Positions 18,631 through 27,531 of a stretch of 64,000 nucleotides of DNA are shown piece by piece. The translations under genes were made by a program, and so were the position numbers. Numbering within the stretch: the first letter of the stretch is position 1; each line of letters begins with the position of its first letter. Source of the stretch: an uncultured bacterium (GTDB lineage: Bacteria; Krumholzibacteriota; Krumholzibacteriia; Krumholzibacteriales; Krumholzibacteriaceae); the NCBI GenBank assembly GCA_964599375.1, contig CAZREW010000017.1, positions 3,926 to 67,925 of the forward strand, read 5' to 3'. The notes under the pieces were generated by a model. It did not search any database and had not been told where the DNA came from. It worked only from the letters and a program-made list of their open reading frames with translations.

Positions 18631-18662
18631 AGGGAGGACACGGGTCCTCCCTCTTCTTTTAT
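18631..18662. terminator. bidirectional intrinsic terminator between convergent genes
   Basis: GAGGGAGGAC at 18631-18640, loop ACGG, GTCCTCCCTC at 18645-18654, then TTCTTTT. The other strand is flanked by an A-rich tract. Confidence 0.6.
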
Positions 18663-18680
18663 ATCCCTTTTGCGCGCATT

Positions 18681-19526
18681 TTATGCCCCGTCCGTGTCCG
18701 CGTGGCGGGCGGTGTGCCTCGTGAAAAGGACCAGCGCGACGGCCAGGGCGGCAACCGAACCGGCGAGCCAGCCGGTATCCGGAGGCGACCACTCGAAGCT
18801 CCTTATCGTCTCCTCGCTTATGCCGCTGAGCCTGTAGAGGGAGAAAAGGTTGAAGATCGAGTGTATGATCACCGCGTAGGTCAGCACCCCGGTCCTGTAG
18901 AAGACATACGCGAGGACTATGCCGAGGGCGGTCACGCCGGGGATGAGGTAGAGGACCCCGTGTGAGGCGGCGAAGACGAGACCGGAAAGGAGGATGGCCG
19001 GGGCGGCGGTCATGTTCCTGTGGAAGACGCTCTGGACCGTACCGCGGTAGAGGAGCTCCTCTCCGAGAGGGCCTATCAGGCCGAGCCCGAGCGCCATCCC
19101 GGCGAAGTGCCACGCCCCTTTGGGCTTGAACGCGAGCAGGATTTCGATATAATCGGAATCCACCGGGCGCCCCCGCCTGAACAGCCACGAGAGAGCGTCG
19201 ACGGGGTAGATGGCGGCAGCCGCTATGAGGATGACCAGGGCCGCCGTCACGGCCTCGGGGCGGTGCAGCCTGAACTCACCGGTGAAGCTGAGGTTATACC
19301 GTTTAGTGATGATCACGAGGGGAAGGATATAGCCGAATATCGACGGCAGTATCACCGACAGTACGACATTTCCGTTCAGGTAGAGGATCCCTACGAGGGA
19401 CGACGCCATCAGGAAGCACGCGAATGCGTAGATCAGCAGGAACCAGTTGTTCATCCTGCCGAAGAGGCCCGGCTCCTGCAGCGGCTCCTGCCCGTCCTGG
19501 TCATCATATTCATCTTCATCTGTCAC
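18681..19526 (-). CDS. CPBP (CAAX) family intramembrane metalloprotease
   Basis: Multi-TM protein with EELLYRG (EExxxR) and the FAASHG/HSIFN motifs of the Abi/CPBP family. Confidence 0.8.
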   Translation of the reverse strand: MTDEDEYDDQDGQEPLQEPGLFGRMNNWFLLIYAFACFLMASSLVGILYLNGNVVLSVILPSIFGYILPLVIITKRYNLSFTGEFRLHRPEAVTAALVILIAAAAIYPVDALSWLFRRGRPVDSDYIEILLAFKPKGAWHFAGMALGLGLIGPLGEELLYRGTVQSVFHRNMTAAPAILLSGLVFAASHGVLYLIPGVTALGIVLAYVFYRTGVLTYAVIIHSIFNLFSLYRLSGISEETIRSFEWSPPDTGWLAGSVAALAVALVLFTRHTARHADTDGA

Positions 19527-19577
19527 GGGGATTGACTATATAACCGGCCGGCCGGGCCGGCAAGCGGAAAGGGCGCG

Positions 19578-20273
19578 ATGATAAAGCTCATCATCTTCGA
19601 TCTCGACAACACGCTGACCGATTTCATGAGGATGAAGGACGAATCGATCAACGCCGCGATCTGGTCGATGATCGACGCGGGGCTCGATTTTCCCGAACAG
19701 AGGATACGCGAGGAGATATACAGGATCTACGACGAGGAGGGGATCGAGTACCAGAAGGTCTTCAACAGGCTGCTGGTGACCCTGATAGGCGAGGTCGACT
19801 ACCGTATCCTCGCCGCGGGGATCGTGGGTTACAGGAAGGCCCGCGAGGCGGCGCTCGTCCTGTACCCGCACGTAAACCGGACGCTCCTGACGCTGCTGAA
19901 GAAGGGGCTCAGGCTCGCAGTGATATCAGACGCGCCGAGGCAGGAGGCGTGGATGCGCCTCTGCTACCTCGGGCTCCACCACATGTTCGACACGGTCATC
20001 GCCTTCGAGGACACCGGCGAGCGCAAGCCGAGCCCGGTCCCCTTCCGGCTCGCCCTCGAGAGGCTGGGATTAGAGCCGACTGAGGCCCTGATGGTCGGGG
20101 ACTGGCCCGAGCGCGACATCGCCGGCGCCGGGGAGCTCGGGATACACACCGTCTTCGCGAGGTACGGGGACACCTTCGGGACGGGGGAATCTGGGGCGGA
20201 TTACGACATAAACGACATATACGCGCTCGTCGGGATAGTCGACGAGCTGAACGGGGCACTTACGGAGGGGTGA
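19578..20273 (+). CDS. HAD-superfamily hydrolase
   Basis: FDLDNTLTD (DxDxT motif I), SDAPRQ and GDWPERDI motifs. Confidence 0.75.
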   Translation: MIKLIIFDLDNTLTDFMRMKDESINAAIWSMIDAGLDFPEQRIREEIYRIYDEEGIEYQKVFNRLLVTLIGEVDYRILAAGIVGYRKAREAALVLYPHVNRTLLTLLKKGLRLAVISDAPRQEAWMRLCYLGLHHMFDTVIAFEDTGERKPSPVPFRLALERLGLEPTEALMVGDWPERDIAGAGELGIHTVFARYGDTFGTGESGADYDINDIYALVGIVDELNGALTEG

Positions 20274-20277
20274 CCGG

Positions 20278-21849
20278 ATGCATTTAGTCACAAGTGAGCA
20301 GATGAGGCTTCTCGACGAGGAGACGATAAAGAGGTTCGTGCCGGGGCTGACCCTGATGGAGCGGGCCGGCCAGGGGATCTTCGACTCGGTCCTAGAGCTC
20401 GCAGGGGATGCCGCGGAGCTCTGCGTCTCGATATTCCTCGGCCGCGGCAACAACGCCGGCGACGGGCTCGTCGTGGCGAGGCTGCTCGCCGAGAAGGGGG
20501 TCAAGTGCTCTCTCTTCTACCTCCACGAGCCGAAGGAGCTCTCTCCCGACGCGTTCAAAAACTTCTCGAAGCTATCGAGGCTTCGCAAGAAGGGGGCGAT
20601 CGAGGAGGTCAACCTCTTCCTCGAGGGGTGGGAAGACAAGGCCATCAAGGGTCTCGCCGAATGCGACCTGATCATCGACGCGCTCCTCGGCACCGGGATC
20701 AACAGCCCCGTCAGGGAGAGCTACGCGGGCGTCATAGGGCTGATCAACCACTCGGGCCTTCCCGTGATGGCGGTCGACATCCCGTCGGGGATCAACGGGA
20801 CGACCGGCGAGGTGATGGGGACCGCCGTGATGGCCGACATAACGGTGACTATGGGTCTGCCGAAGACCGGGTCGGTCTTCTATCCGGGCAAGGCGTTCAC
20901 AGGCTCTCTCGAGGTAGTCGACATCGGCATCCCCCCCGAGGTCATCGAGGCGGCCGGCCTGGACACCTGGGTCCTCGACGACAAGGCGGCGCTGGCCGAC
21001 CTGCCCCATCACTCACCCGAGGCCCACAAGTTCGAGAGGGGGTCGCTTCTAGTGGTGGCGGGGAGCAGGCGGTACGCCGGGGCGGCTTCGCTCTCGGCGG
21101 TATCGGCGCTTCGCACGGGGTGCGGGATAGTCTATCTCGCAGGCCCCGAGTCGATACGGACCGTGGTGCAGTCCGCGCATCCGGAGATAATATTCGTATC
21201 GCTGCCAGAGACGGGCTCAGGTTCTATCGCCGAAAGCGCGTTAAAGACAATCTTCGAAGAGATAAGATTCGACGCCGCCGCGATAGGCCCGGGTCTGACG
21301 ACAGACAAGGAGACCGAGATCCTCGTTCGCGGGTTCGTGTCGAGGTGCGAGAAGCCGGTGCTGATCGACGCAGACGGGATCAACGCATTCGCCGGCCATT
21401 ACGAGGAGCTCAAGACGCTGTCTATGGGCAGGCCGGTGGTGATATCGCCCCACTCGGGGGAGCTTCGGAGGCTTACCGGTATAGACGTGCCCTCTGAGCC
21501 CGGCGACAGGGCCGACACGCTCAGGAAGCTCGTCATCGGGGCCGGGATAACGCTCGTCCACAAGGGGGCGCCGACATTGATCTCGCACGCGGGCGGGCGC
21601 GTCGACGTCAACGTCCACGGCCATCCCGGCCTGGCGACCGCCGGGAGCGGCGACGTCCTGACAGGGGCGATAGCGGGGATGCTAGCCCAGGGAGCCGCCC
21701 CCGCCGAGGCGGCGCGGGTCGGGGTCTACATACATTCGAGGGCGGCCGAGATAGCCGCCGAGGTGACCGGCGAGCGCGGCATGCTGGCCGGCGATTGCTC
21801 AGCCTCACTGCCGGCGGCGTTGCGTGAGCTCGAGGAGCTGACGCCGTAG
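20278..21849 (+). CDS. nnr: bifunctional NAD(P)H-hydrate epimerase/dehydratase
   Basis: YjeF-N (GRGNNAGDG) plus YjeF-C carbohydrate-kinase-like domain (GPGL, GDVL). Confidence 0.85.
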   Translation: MHLVTSEQMRLLDEETIKRFVPGLTLMERAGQGIFDSVLELAGDAAELCVSIFLGRGNNAGDGLVVARLLAEKGVKCSLFYLHEPKELSPDAFKNFSKLSRLRKKGAIEEVNLFLEGWEDKAIKGLAECDLIIDALLGTGINSPVRESYAGVIGLINHSGLPVMAVDIPSGINGTTGEVMGTAVMADITVTMGLPKTGSVFYPGKAFTGSLEVVDIGIPPEVIEAAGLDTWVLDDKAALADLPHHSPEAHKFERGSLLVVAGSRRYAGAASLSAVSALRTGCGIVYLAGPESIRTVVQSAHPEIIFVSLPETGSGSIAESALKTIFEEIRFDAAAIGPGLTTDKETEILVRGFVSRCEKPVLIDADGINAFAGHYEELKTLSMGRPVVISPHSGELRRLTGIDVPSEPGDRADTLRKLVIGAGITLVHKGAPTLISHAGGRVDVNVHGHPGLATAGSGDVLTGAIAGMLAQGAAPAEAARVGVYIHSRAAEIAAEVTGERGMLAGDCSASLPAALRELEELTP

Positions 21850-21918
21850 CGGCAGGCGCGTTCTCAATCGAGCCCGGCCGTCGGCCGGGCGTGCACATTC
21901 AACAGGGGAGGGGTTCCC

Positions 21919-22749
21919 ATGAAGAGACGGGTTTCCAGCGTCCTGGCCCTGATCGTCCTGGCGGCGTCCGTATCCGGATCCGCCGCGGCGCAGACGTACA
22001 TGTTCAAGAGCGTCCCGGGCGAGACTCCGCAGATCGGCGTGAGGTATCTCAGGCCCGATTTCAAGCATGGATCCGAGATGTCGGTCTTCTCGGGGATATA
22101 CGATTTCCGGGCCGATCTGCCGATCAACGCGAGATGGAGCATCGACGCCTCTGTGCCCTGGTCCAGGTGGTCTTCGGACGAGGAAGACGTGTCCGACGAC
22201 TACATAGGGAATATCTACGCCGGGATGCAGTATCTCCGGGCGGAGGGGGACAGGACCATGGTCGCCTCCTTCGGCGCCTACCTCCCGACGGCCGAAGCGA
22301 ACCTCGGGCATGTGCTGCTCGGGGCGATAACCGACAACATCGGCCTGTTCAAATATATCCCCGACGCATGGACCTTCTACGGCAACTTCGCCTGGTTCGA
22401 CCTCAGGGAAGGTGGGGTAAGGTTGGGCTTCGAGGCCGGCCCCGACCTTGTCGTCCCGACGGGCGATAACGACTCGGACACCGAGTTCTTTCTCCATTAT
22501 GGCCTGACCGCCGGGTTCAGGGCGGAGAAGTTCGCGGCCACGTTAGAGCTCATCGGCCTGATGGTCGTATCGGAGGACTACGACGATTTCGGCGACAGGT
22601 TCGTGCACGCCCTTGATCTCGGCGTCAGCTATATCAGCCCGCATCTCTCTCCCGGGGTCTTTTACATGATATACCTCGGTAACGACGAGAACGACTGGAC
22701 CAGCCTGGTCGACGGGGTGCTCGGGGTCGACGTGAATTTTGTCTTCTGA
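21919..22749 (+). CDS. outer-membrane beta-barrel-like protein
   Basis: Signal peptide MKRRVSSVLALIVLAASVSGSAAAQ. Alternating amphipathic strands. C-terminal ...GVDVNFVF ends in Phe, the OMP sorting signature. Confidence 0.55.
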   Translation: MKRRVSSVLALIVLAASVSGSAAAQTYMFKSVPGETPQIGVRYLRPDFKHGSEMSVFSGIYDFRADLPINARWSIDASVPWSRWSSDEEDVSDDYIGNIYAGMQYLRAEGDRTMVASFGAYLPTAEANLGHVLLGAITDNIGLFKYIPDAWTFYGNFAWFDLREGGVRLGFEAGPDLVVPTGDNDSDTEFFLHYGLTAGFRAEKFAATLELIGLMVVSEDYDDFGDRFVHALDLGVSYISPHLSPGVFYMIYLGNDENDWTSLVDGVLGVDVNFVF

Positions 22750-22893
22750 CGCGGAGGCAGTCTTATCAGGGAGCGCGACGTAATAGGGTTTCTCAGGGAC
22801 TCGTTCCCTGAGGCGGGGCTAGGCGACGACACCGCCGTCATCGATCCACCGGGCGGGAGCTTACTTTTCGCCTCCGACGCGGCGGTCGAGCAG

Positions 22894-23862
22894 GTGCACT
22901 TCCGGCTCGACTTCTCGACCGTCGGTCAGGCCGTCCAGAAGGTCGTGACCTCCAACGTCTCAGACGTGTACGCGATGGGGGGAGAGCCTTACGGGATAGT
23001 CTTCACCGCGGGGCTGCCGGAGAGCTGCGGGGAGGAGGACCTAGTCTCGATCGTCGACGGGCTGCAAAGGGCCTGCGCCGCCTACGGCATCAGGCTCTGC
23101 GGCGGCGACACCGTCCTTTCGCCGGCCCGCTACTTCTTCGATGTTGCCATAATAGGATCGGTGCCCGTGGGGTTCGCGCCTTTCCGGCGCGGCGGGGCGC
23201 GGCCCGGCGACAGGCTCGTCCTCTTTGGCGAAGTCGGAGGCTCGCTCGCCGGGCTGAGGCTGCTCGAGGGGATCACAGGGCCCGGGCAGGCGGAGCCCCT
23301 CGACCGGCTCCTGCCGCCTCAGGCCGGCAGGGCCTGTCTTCTCGAGGCGGCCCGTACGCTCGCGCTGGACAGCACGGCGGCCGGCTTCTCGGCGATATGC
23401 GCGGAAAAGGGCCTGGACGCGGGCGCGCAGGCTGCGCTGGCGATGATAGAGAGGCACGTCGCGCCGCTGGCGCACAAGCCCTCGGTGAACGGCTCGCCGG
23501 AGTGGGCGCCGATGGTCATGGCGATGATAGACATAAGCGACGGTCTAGGCAGGGACCTCGCGACGCTCTGCGCGGAGAGCGGAGTGGGAGCGGTCGTCTC
23601 CGCGGAGGCGGTCCCCGTTCCCGCGCCACTCGCGGGCGCGATTGAGGGCGGTCGCGAGAAGCTGATCCGGTTCGCGCTGTCGAGCGGCGAGGAGTATGTC
23701 GCGCTCGCCGCCCTGAGCCCGGGCCCCGTCCCACCGGGCGCTGTCGTCATAGGCGCCGTCACCGAGGAAGCGGGCGGGCTGCTGATGGAGGAACCCGACG
23801 GTGGGATCAGAAGGCTCCCGACGTTGGGATACGAACACGAATTCCGGGAGAGTGACGAATGA
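22894..23862 (+). CDS. thiL: thiamine-monophosphate kinase
   Basis: AIR-synthase-related fold. Annotated from the first canonical start (GTG 22894). Homology clearly continues upstream: ERDVIGFLRDSFPEAGLGDDTAVID at 22771-22845 matches the ThiL N-terminus. See the finding on this region. Confidence 0.8.
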   Translation: MHFRLDFSTVGQAVQKVVTSNVSDVYAMGGEPYGIVFTAGLPESCGEEDLVSIVDGLQRACAAYGIRLCGGDTVLSPARYFFDVAIIGSVPVGFAPFRRGGARPGDRLVLFGEVGGSLAGLRLLEGITGPGQAEPLDRLLPPQAGRACLLEAARTLALDSTAAGFSAICAEKGLDAGAQAALAMIERHVAPLAHKPSVNGSPEWAPMVMAMIDISDGLGRDLATLCAESGVGAVVSAEAVPVPAPLAGAIEGGREKLIRFALSSGEEYVALAALSPGPVPPGAVVIGAVTEEAGGLLMEEPDGGIRRLPTLGYEHEFRESDE

Positions 23863-24566
23863 AATACGATCTCGAGCCTGGCTTCATGATCGCCGGCAAG
23901 TACGAGGTCATCGATAAGCTCGGATCCGGCTGGGAGGGAGAGGTATACCGCGTAAAGGAGAAGGCGATAGGCGTCGAGCGCGCCGCCAAGCTCTTCTACC
24001 CGCGGGCCGATTCACGGAACAGGGCGACAAAGTTCTACGCGCGCAAGCTTCACAAGCTGCGCCACTGCCCGATCCTGATCCAGTACCATACGGGCGAGAG
24101 GATCGCGATCGACGGCGAGAAGGTCAACGTCCTGATCTCGGAGTACGTGGAGGGAGAGATCCTCGCCTCCTTCGTCAGGCGCCAGCCGGGCAGGAAGCTT
24201 ACGCCGTTCGAGGGGCTTCACCTGCTGCACGAGCTCTCGGTCGGTGTCGAGGTGATACACAGGGCGCGCGAATACCACGGCGACCTGCACGACGACAACA
24301 TCATCATCAGGCGCAAGGGCCTCTCGTTCAACGTAAAGGTCGTCGACATGTTCAACTGGGGCACTCCCGGCGCGGAGAACTACAAGGACGACGTCTGCGA
24401 CCTCATCAGGATCTTCTACGACTGCATCGGGGGCAAGAGCACTTACTGGAAGCAGTCGCCCGGGATCAAGTACATCGTCTCCGGCCTGAAAAGGTCGCTG
24501 ATCACGGAAAAGTTCAGGACAGCCGGTCATCTGCGACGGTATATCGAGACGATGGAATGGGAGTGA
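23859..24566 (+). CDS. small atypical protein-kinase-fold protein, Bud32/RIO/Kdo-kinase-like
   Basis: ATGA overlap with thiL. Gly loop LGSGWEGEVYRV, Lys AAKLF, hinge ISEYVEG, catalytic loop HGDLHDDNIII, DMF (DFG-like). No activation segment after DFG, as in Bud32/RIO. Confidence 0.6.
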   Translation: MKYDLEPGFMIAGKYEVIDKLGSGWEGEVYRVKEKAIGVERAAKLFYPRADSRNRATKFYARKLHKLRHCPILIQYHTGERIAIDGEKVNVLISEYVEGEILASFVRRQPGRKLTPFEGLHLLHELSVGVEVIHRAREYHGDLHDDNIIIRRKGLSFNVKVVDMFNWGTPGAENYKDDVCDLIRIFYDCIGGKSTYWKQSPGIKYIVSGLKRSLITEKFRTAGHLRRYIETMEWE

Positions 24567-24575
24567 CGCCACAGG

Positions 24576-25208
24576 ATGCTCATCTACATGATCAGGCACG
24601 GAAGGACGGACTGGAACGACCGGCGCAGGATAATGGGGCGCGAGCAGGTGCCGCTCAACGCCGCCGGCCGCGAGATGGTCGAGGCGGTAGCCGGGCATCT
24701 CTCAGGAGAGGGGATCGCGGCGGTCTACACGGGGACGCTCGCGCGGACACGGGAGTCGGCCGGGATACTCGCCTCGGCGTGGGGCGCCGAGCTCATCGAG
24801 GAGCCACGGCTCGACGAGTCCGGATACGAAAAGTGGGTCGGCATGACCTACTACGAGCTCACCGGGGACCGCGATTTCGAACTCTACACGAAACGGCCTA
24901 CCGAGTCGCGTTTCTCCGAGGGCGAGAATATGGCGGGGATACAGGAGCGCGCGCTGGCCGCAGTCGACAGGATCGCCTCCGAGAGACGCGGCGTCAAGAC
25001 TGCGCTCGTCTCGCATGCCGATGTGATCAAGCCCGTGATCACCCACTACCTTGGGATGGATCTCGACACGATGCACAGGCTGGCGGTCGCGAACGCCTCG
25101 GTCACCGTCCTCGACCTGGGCTACCCGGGCAGCCCCCGGATCAGGTATATGAACCTGATGCCGTGGAAATGGAAGAAGGGCCTGACCGACCCGCCGTCCC
25201 CCGAGTGA
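24576..25208 (+). CDS. histidine phosphatase (phosphoglycerate-mutase-like) family protein
   Basis: RHGRTDWN catalytic motif at the N-terminus and a C-terminal His (SHADVI). Confidence 0.8.
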   Translation: MLIYMIRHGRTDWNDRRRIMGREQVPLNAAGREMVEAVAGHLSGEGIAAVYTGTLARTRESAGILASAWGAELIEEPRLDESGYEKWVGMTYYELTGDRDFELYTKRPTESRFSEGENMAGIQERALAAVDRIASERRGVKTALVSHADVIKPVITHYLGMDLDTMHRLAVANASVTVLDLGYPGSPRIRYMNLMPWKWKKGLTDPPSPE

Positions 25209-25252
25209 CGAAGCGGGTTGCGCCGGCGCCGTGGCCTGGTTAATTTCTGATT

Positions 25253-26260
25253 ATGAATCTTTACCTCGGCATAGAGACCTCGTGCGACGACACCTCGTGC
25301 GCGATCTATTCACCAGAAGAGGGCCTGATCGCCTACCGGACCGCCGCCCAGCTCGACCACGCGAAGTACGGCGGCGTCGTGCCGGAGATCGCCTCGCGCA
25401 CGCACATGAAAACGATCCTTCCCCTCTACGAGACGGTGATGGAGGAGGCCGGGGCAGGGCTCGGCGGCCTTTCTGGGATCGGGGTGACCAACGGACCCGG
25501 GTTGACCGGGTCGCTCCTGGTCGGGCTCTCGTTCGCCAAGGCTCTAGCTTACGGGAGCGGAGTGCCGCTCGCCGGCATCCACCACATCGAGGGGCACATA
25601 CTCGCCAACGCGATCGAGGGGCCTATGGGGACGCCGGCCATAGTGCTCGTGGTCTCGGGAGGGCACACACAGCTCTTCAGCGTCGAGAAGCCGGGCAGGT
25701 ACGAGCTCCTCGGCGGGACGAGGGACGACGCGGCGGGCGAGGCGTTCGACAAGATCGGGAAGATACTCGGCCTCCCGTACCCGGGCGGGCCTTCGATAGA
25801 GAAGGCCGCGCGCTCCGGCGACCCGGCCGCCTTCGATTTTCCACGCGCGATGCGCGGCTCGGGCAGGTGCGACTTCTCTTTCTCGGGGCTCAAGACCGCG
25901 GTCAGGCTTAAGGTCGAGGAGCTCGGTCGCCTCACCGAGCAGGCCGTCGCAGATGTCGCCGCCTCGGCCCAGGAGGCGATCGTCGACGCACTCGCGATCA
26001 AGTCGGTCATGGCGGTTGAGATGACGGCTGTCTCGCGCTTCTACCTCGCCGGCGGGGTCGCGGCCAACGGGAGGCTCCGCGAGGTGATCAGCGAGCGGAT
26101 CGGAGCGGCGGGCGCGCAGGTGTCGTGGCCGCCGGCAAGGTTCTGCACGGACAATGCCGCGATGATCGCGTGCGCCGCCTGGCACCATCTGTCGGCAGGC
26201 CGCGCTGACGGGCTCGACCTGAACACCTTTCCCAGAGGCGGGCTCGAGTCCTGGGCGTGA
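25253..26260 (+). CDS. tsaD: tRNA N6-adenosine threonylcarbamoyltransferase
   Basis: LGIETSCDDT, HHIEGH and GGVAAN motifs of Kae1/TsaD. Confidence 0.9.
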   Translation: MNLYLGIETSCDDTSCAIYSPEEGLIAYRTAAQLDHAKYGGVVPEIASRTHMKTILPLYETVMEEAGAGLGGLSGIGVTNGPGLTGSLLVGLSFAKALAYGSGVPLAGIHHIEGHILANAIEGPMGTPAIVLVVSGGHTQLFSVEKPGRYELLGGTRDDAAGEAFDKIGKILGLPYPGGPSIEKAARSGDPAAFDFPRAMRGSGRCDFSFSGLKTAVRLKVEELGRLTEQAVADVAASAQEAIVDALAIKSVMAVEMTAVSRFYLAGGVAANGRLREVISERIGAAGAQVSWPPARFCTDNAAMIACAAWHHLSAGRADGLDLNTFPRGGLESWA

Positions 26261-26538
26261 GGCATATCTCCACATTTTCCCCGGCCTTACATTTATTTCT
26301 TACCGATCCGATAGTGCATTGTCGATATTGCATTATCCGACATTTCCTTTGCATTCCCTCCCCATCCCGGCGCCCGGACAGATGCGTGAACCCGCCGTAT
26401 AAGGGCTTTTCAGGTAGCGGGTTAACCGGTTTCCGATACTCCCGCTCCTTGGCATATTAATTGCCATTCATCTCGTGGCGATCGGCCGAAGACCCGATCT
26501 GAGCGGAGGGGAACTACCCTTTTCGGGGATTTTGATGG

Positions 26539-27519
26539 ATGAGCGCAGGGAAAGATAACGACGTCCGCAGGGTGCTCGTCGTCGACGACGAAGAGCACAT
26601 CAGGCGGATACTGAAGTTTCAGCTCGAGAAGAACGGCTACGAGGTCGTCACTGCGGAGAACGGCGAGGAAGCGTTGAAGTTTGTCAGGCGTTCGATGCCC
26701 GACCTCATTCTGCTCGACCTGATGATGCCGAAGATCGACGGCTTCGAGGTCTGCCGGCAGCTCAGGGCTGACTTCCAGACGAGCCAGATCCCGATAATCA
26801 TGCTTACCGCCAAGAGCGACCTCCCCGACAAGATCAAGGGGCTTCAGGGGGGCGCCAACGATTACCTCGTCAAGCCGTACTCGAACGAAGAGCTCATGCT
26901 GCGAGTCAACAACGTGCTCGAATGGAGCCAGAACCAGAAGAACGCCAATCCGCTCACGGGGTTCGCGGGGAACAAGGCGATCGAGAAGGAACTGGCCCGG
27001 AGAATAGAGCGCAACGAGCCGTTCGCGTTCCTCTACATCGACATCGACAATTTCAAGGCATACAACGATTACTACGGATATCAGAAGGGCGACGAGTCGA
27101 TCCTCTTTCTCGCCGACATCATCACCGAGGCTGTCAACTCGCTCGGTGGCAGGAAGGATTTCGTCGGCCATATCGGTGGCGATGATTTCGTCATCGTCAC
27201 TTCTCTAGACCGGGCCGAGTTCATAGGGCGCCACATCATCGATGAGTTCGACAAGGGCTCCCTGGTCCTGATGCACGAGGAAGACATCCGCAAGGGGTAC
27301 CTCGAGATCAGGAACCGCCTCGGAGAGATCAAGAGGGTGCCGCTGATGTCACTGACGATAGCGCTTGTGCTCAACGACGGCGAACGGCTGAAGCATTTCG
27401 CACAGGTCAGCGATATCGCGTCCGAGCTCAAGAAATTCGGGAAGGGTATGACAGGAAGCGTCGTCGTGAGAGAGAGGCGCAAGGAGATCTCGGAGCCAGC
27501 CGAGATCGACAGCCTGTAA
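26539..27519 (+). CDS. response regulator with REC plus GGDEF-type domain (non-canonical GGDDF)
   Basis: REC: VLVVDDEEHIRR...DLILLDLMMP...LTAK. GGDEF domain has active-site GGDDF at nt 27175-27189 and no RxxD I-site. Confidence 0.85.
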   Translation: MSAGKDNDVRRVLVVDDEEHIRRILKFQLEKNGYEVVTAENGEEALKFVRRSMPDLILLDLMMPKIDGFEVCRQLRADFQTSQIPIIMLTAKSDLPDKIKGLQGGANDYLVKPYSNEELMLRVNNVLEWSQNQKNANPLTGFAGNKAIEKELARRIERNEPFAFLYIDIDNFKAYNDYYGYQKGDESILFLADIITEAVNSLGGRKDFVGHIGGDDFVIVTSLDRAEFIGRHIIDEFDKGSLVLMHEEDIRKGYLEIRNRLGEIKRVPLMSLTIALVLNDGERLKHFAQVSDIASELKKFGKGMTGSVVVRERRKEISEPAEIDSL

Positions 27520-27531
27520 CCGGAGGGCGCA

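Noticed and set aside
21876-21892. Hairpin GCCCGGCC-gtc-GGCCGGGC downstream of nnr as a terminator
   Set aside because: There is no U-tract after the stem (the next bases are GTGCACATTCAA). It is probably just GC-rich palindromic sequence.
22747-22749. In-frame TGA between the OMP gene and thiL as a selenocysteine or read-through codon (selB is present in this window)
   Set aside because: The OMP ends with the canonical beta-barrel C-terminal ...NFVF and has its own signal peptide. A secreted OMP-ThiL fusion is implausible. A rare or non-canonical start for thiL is the simpler explanation.
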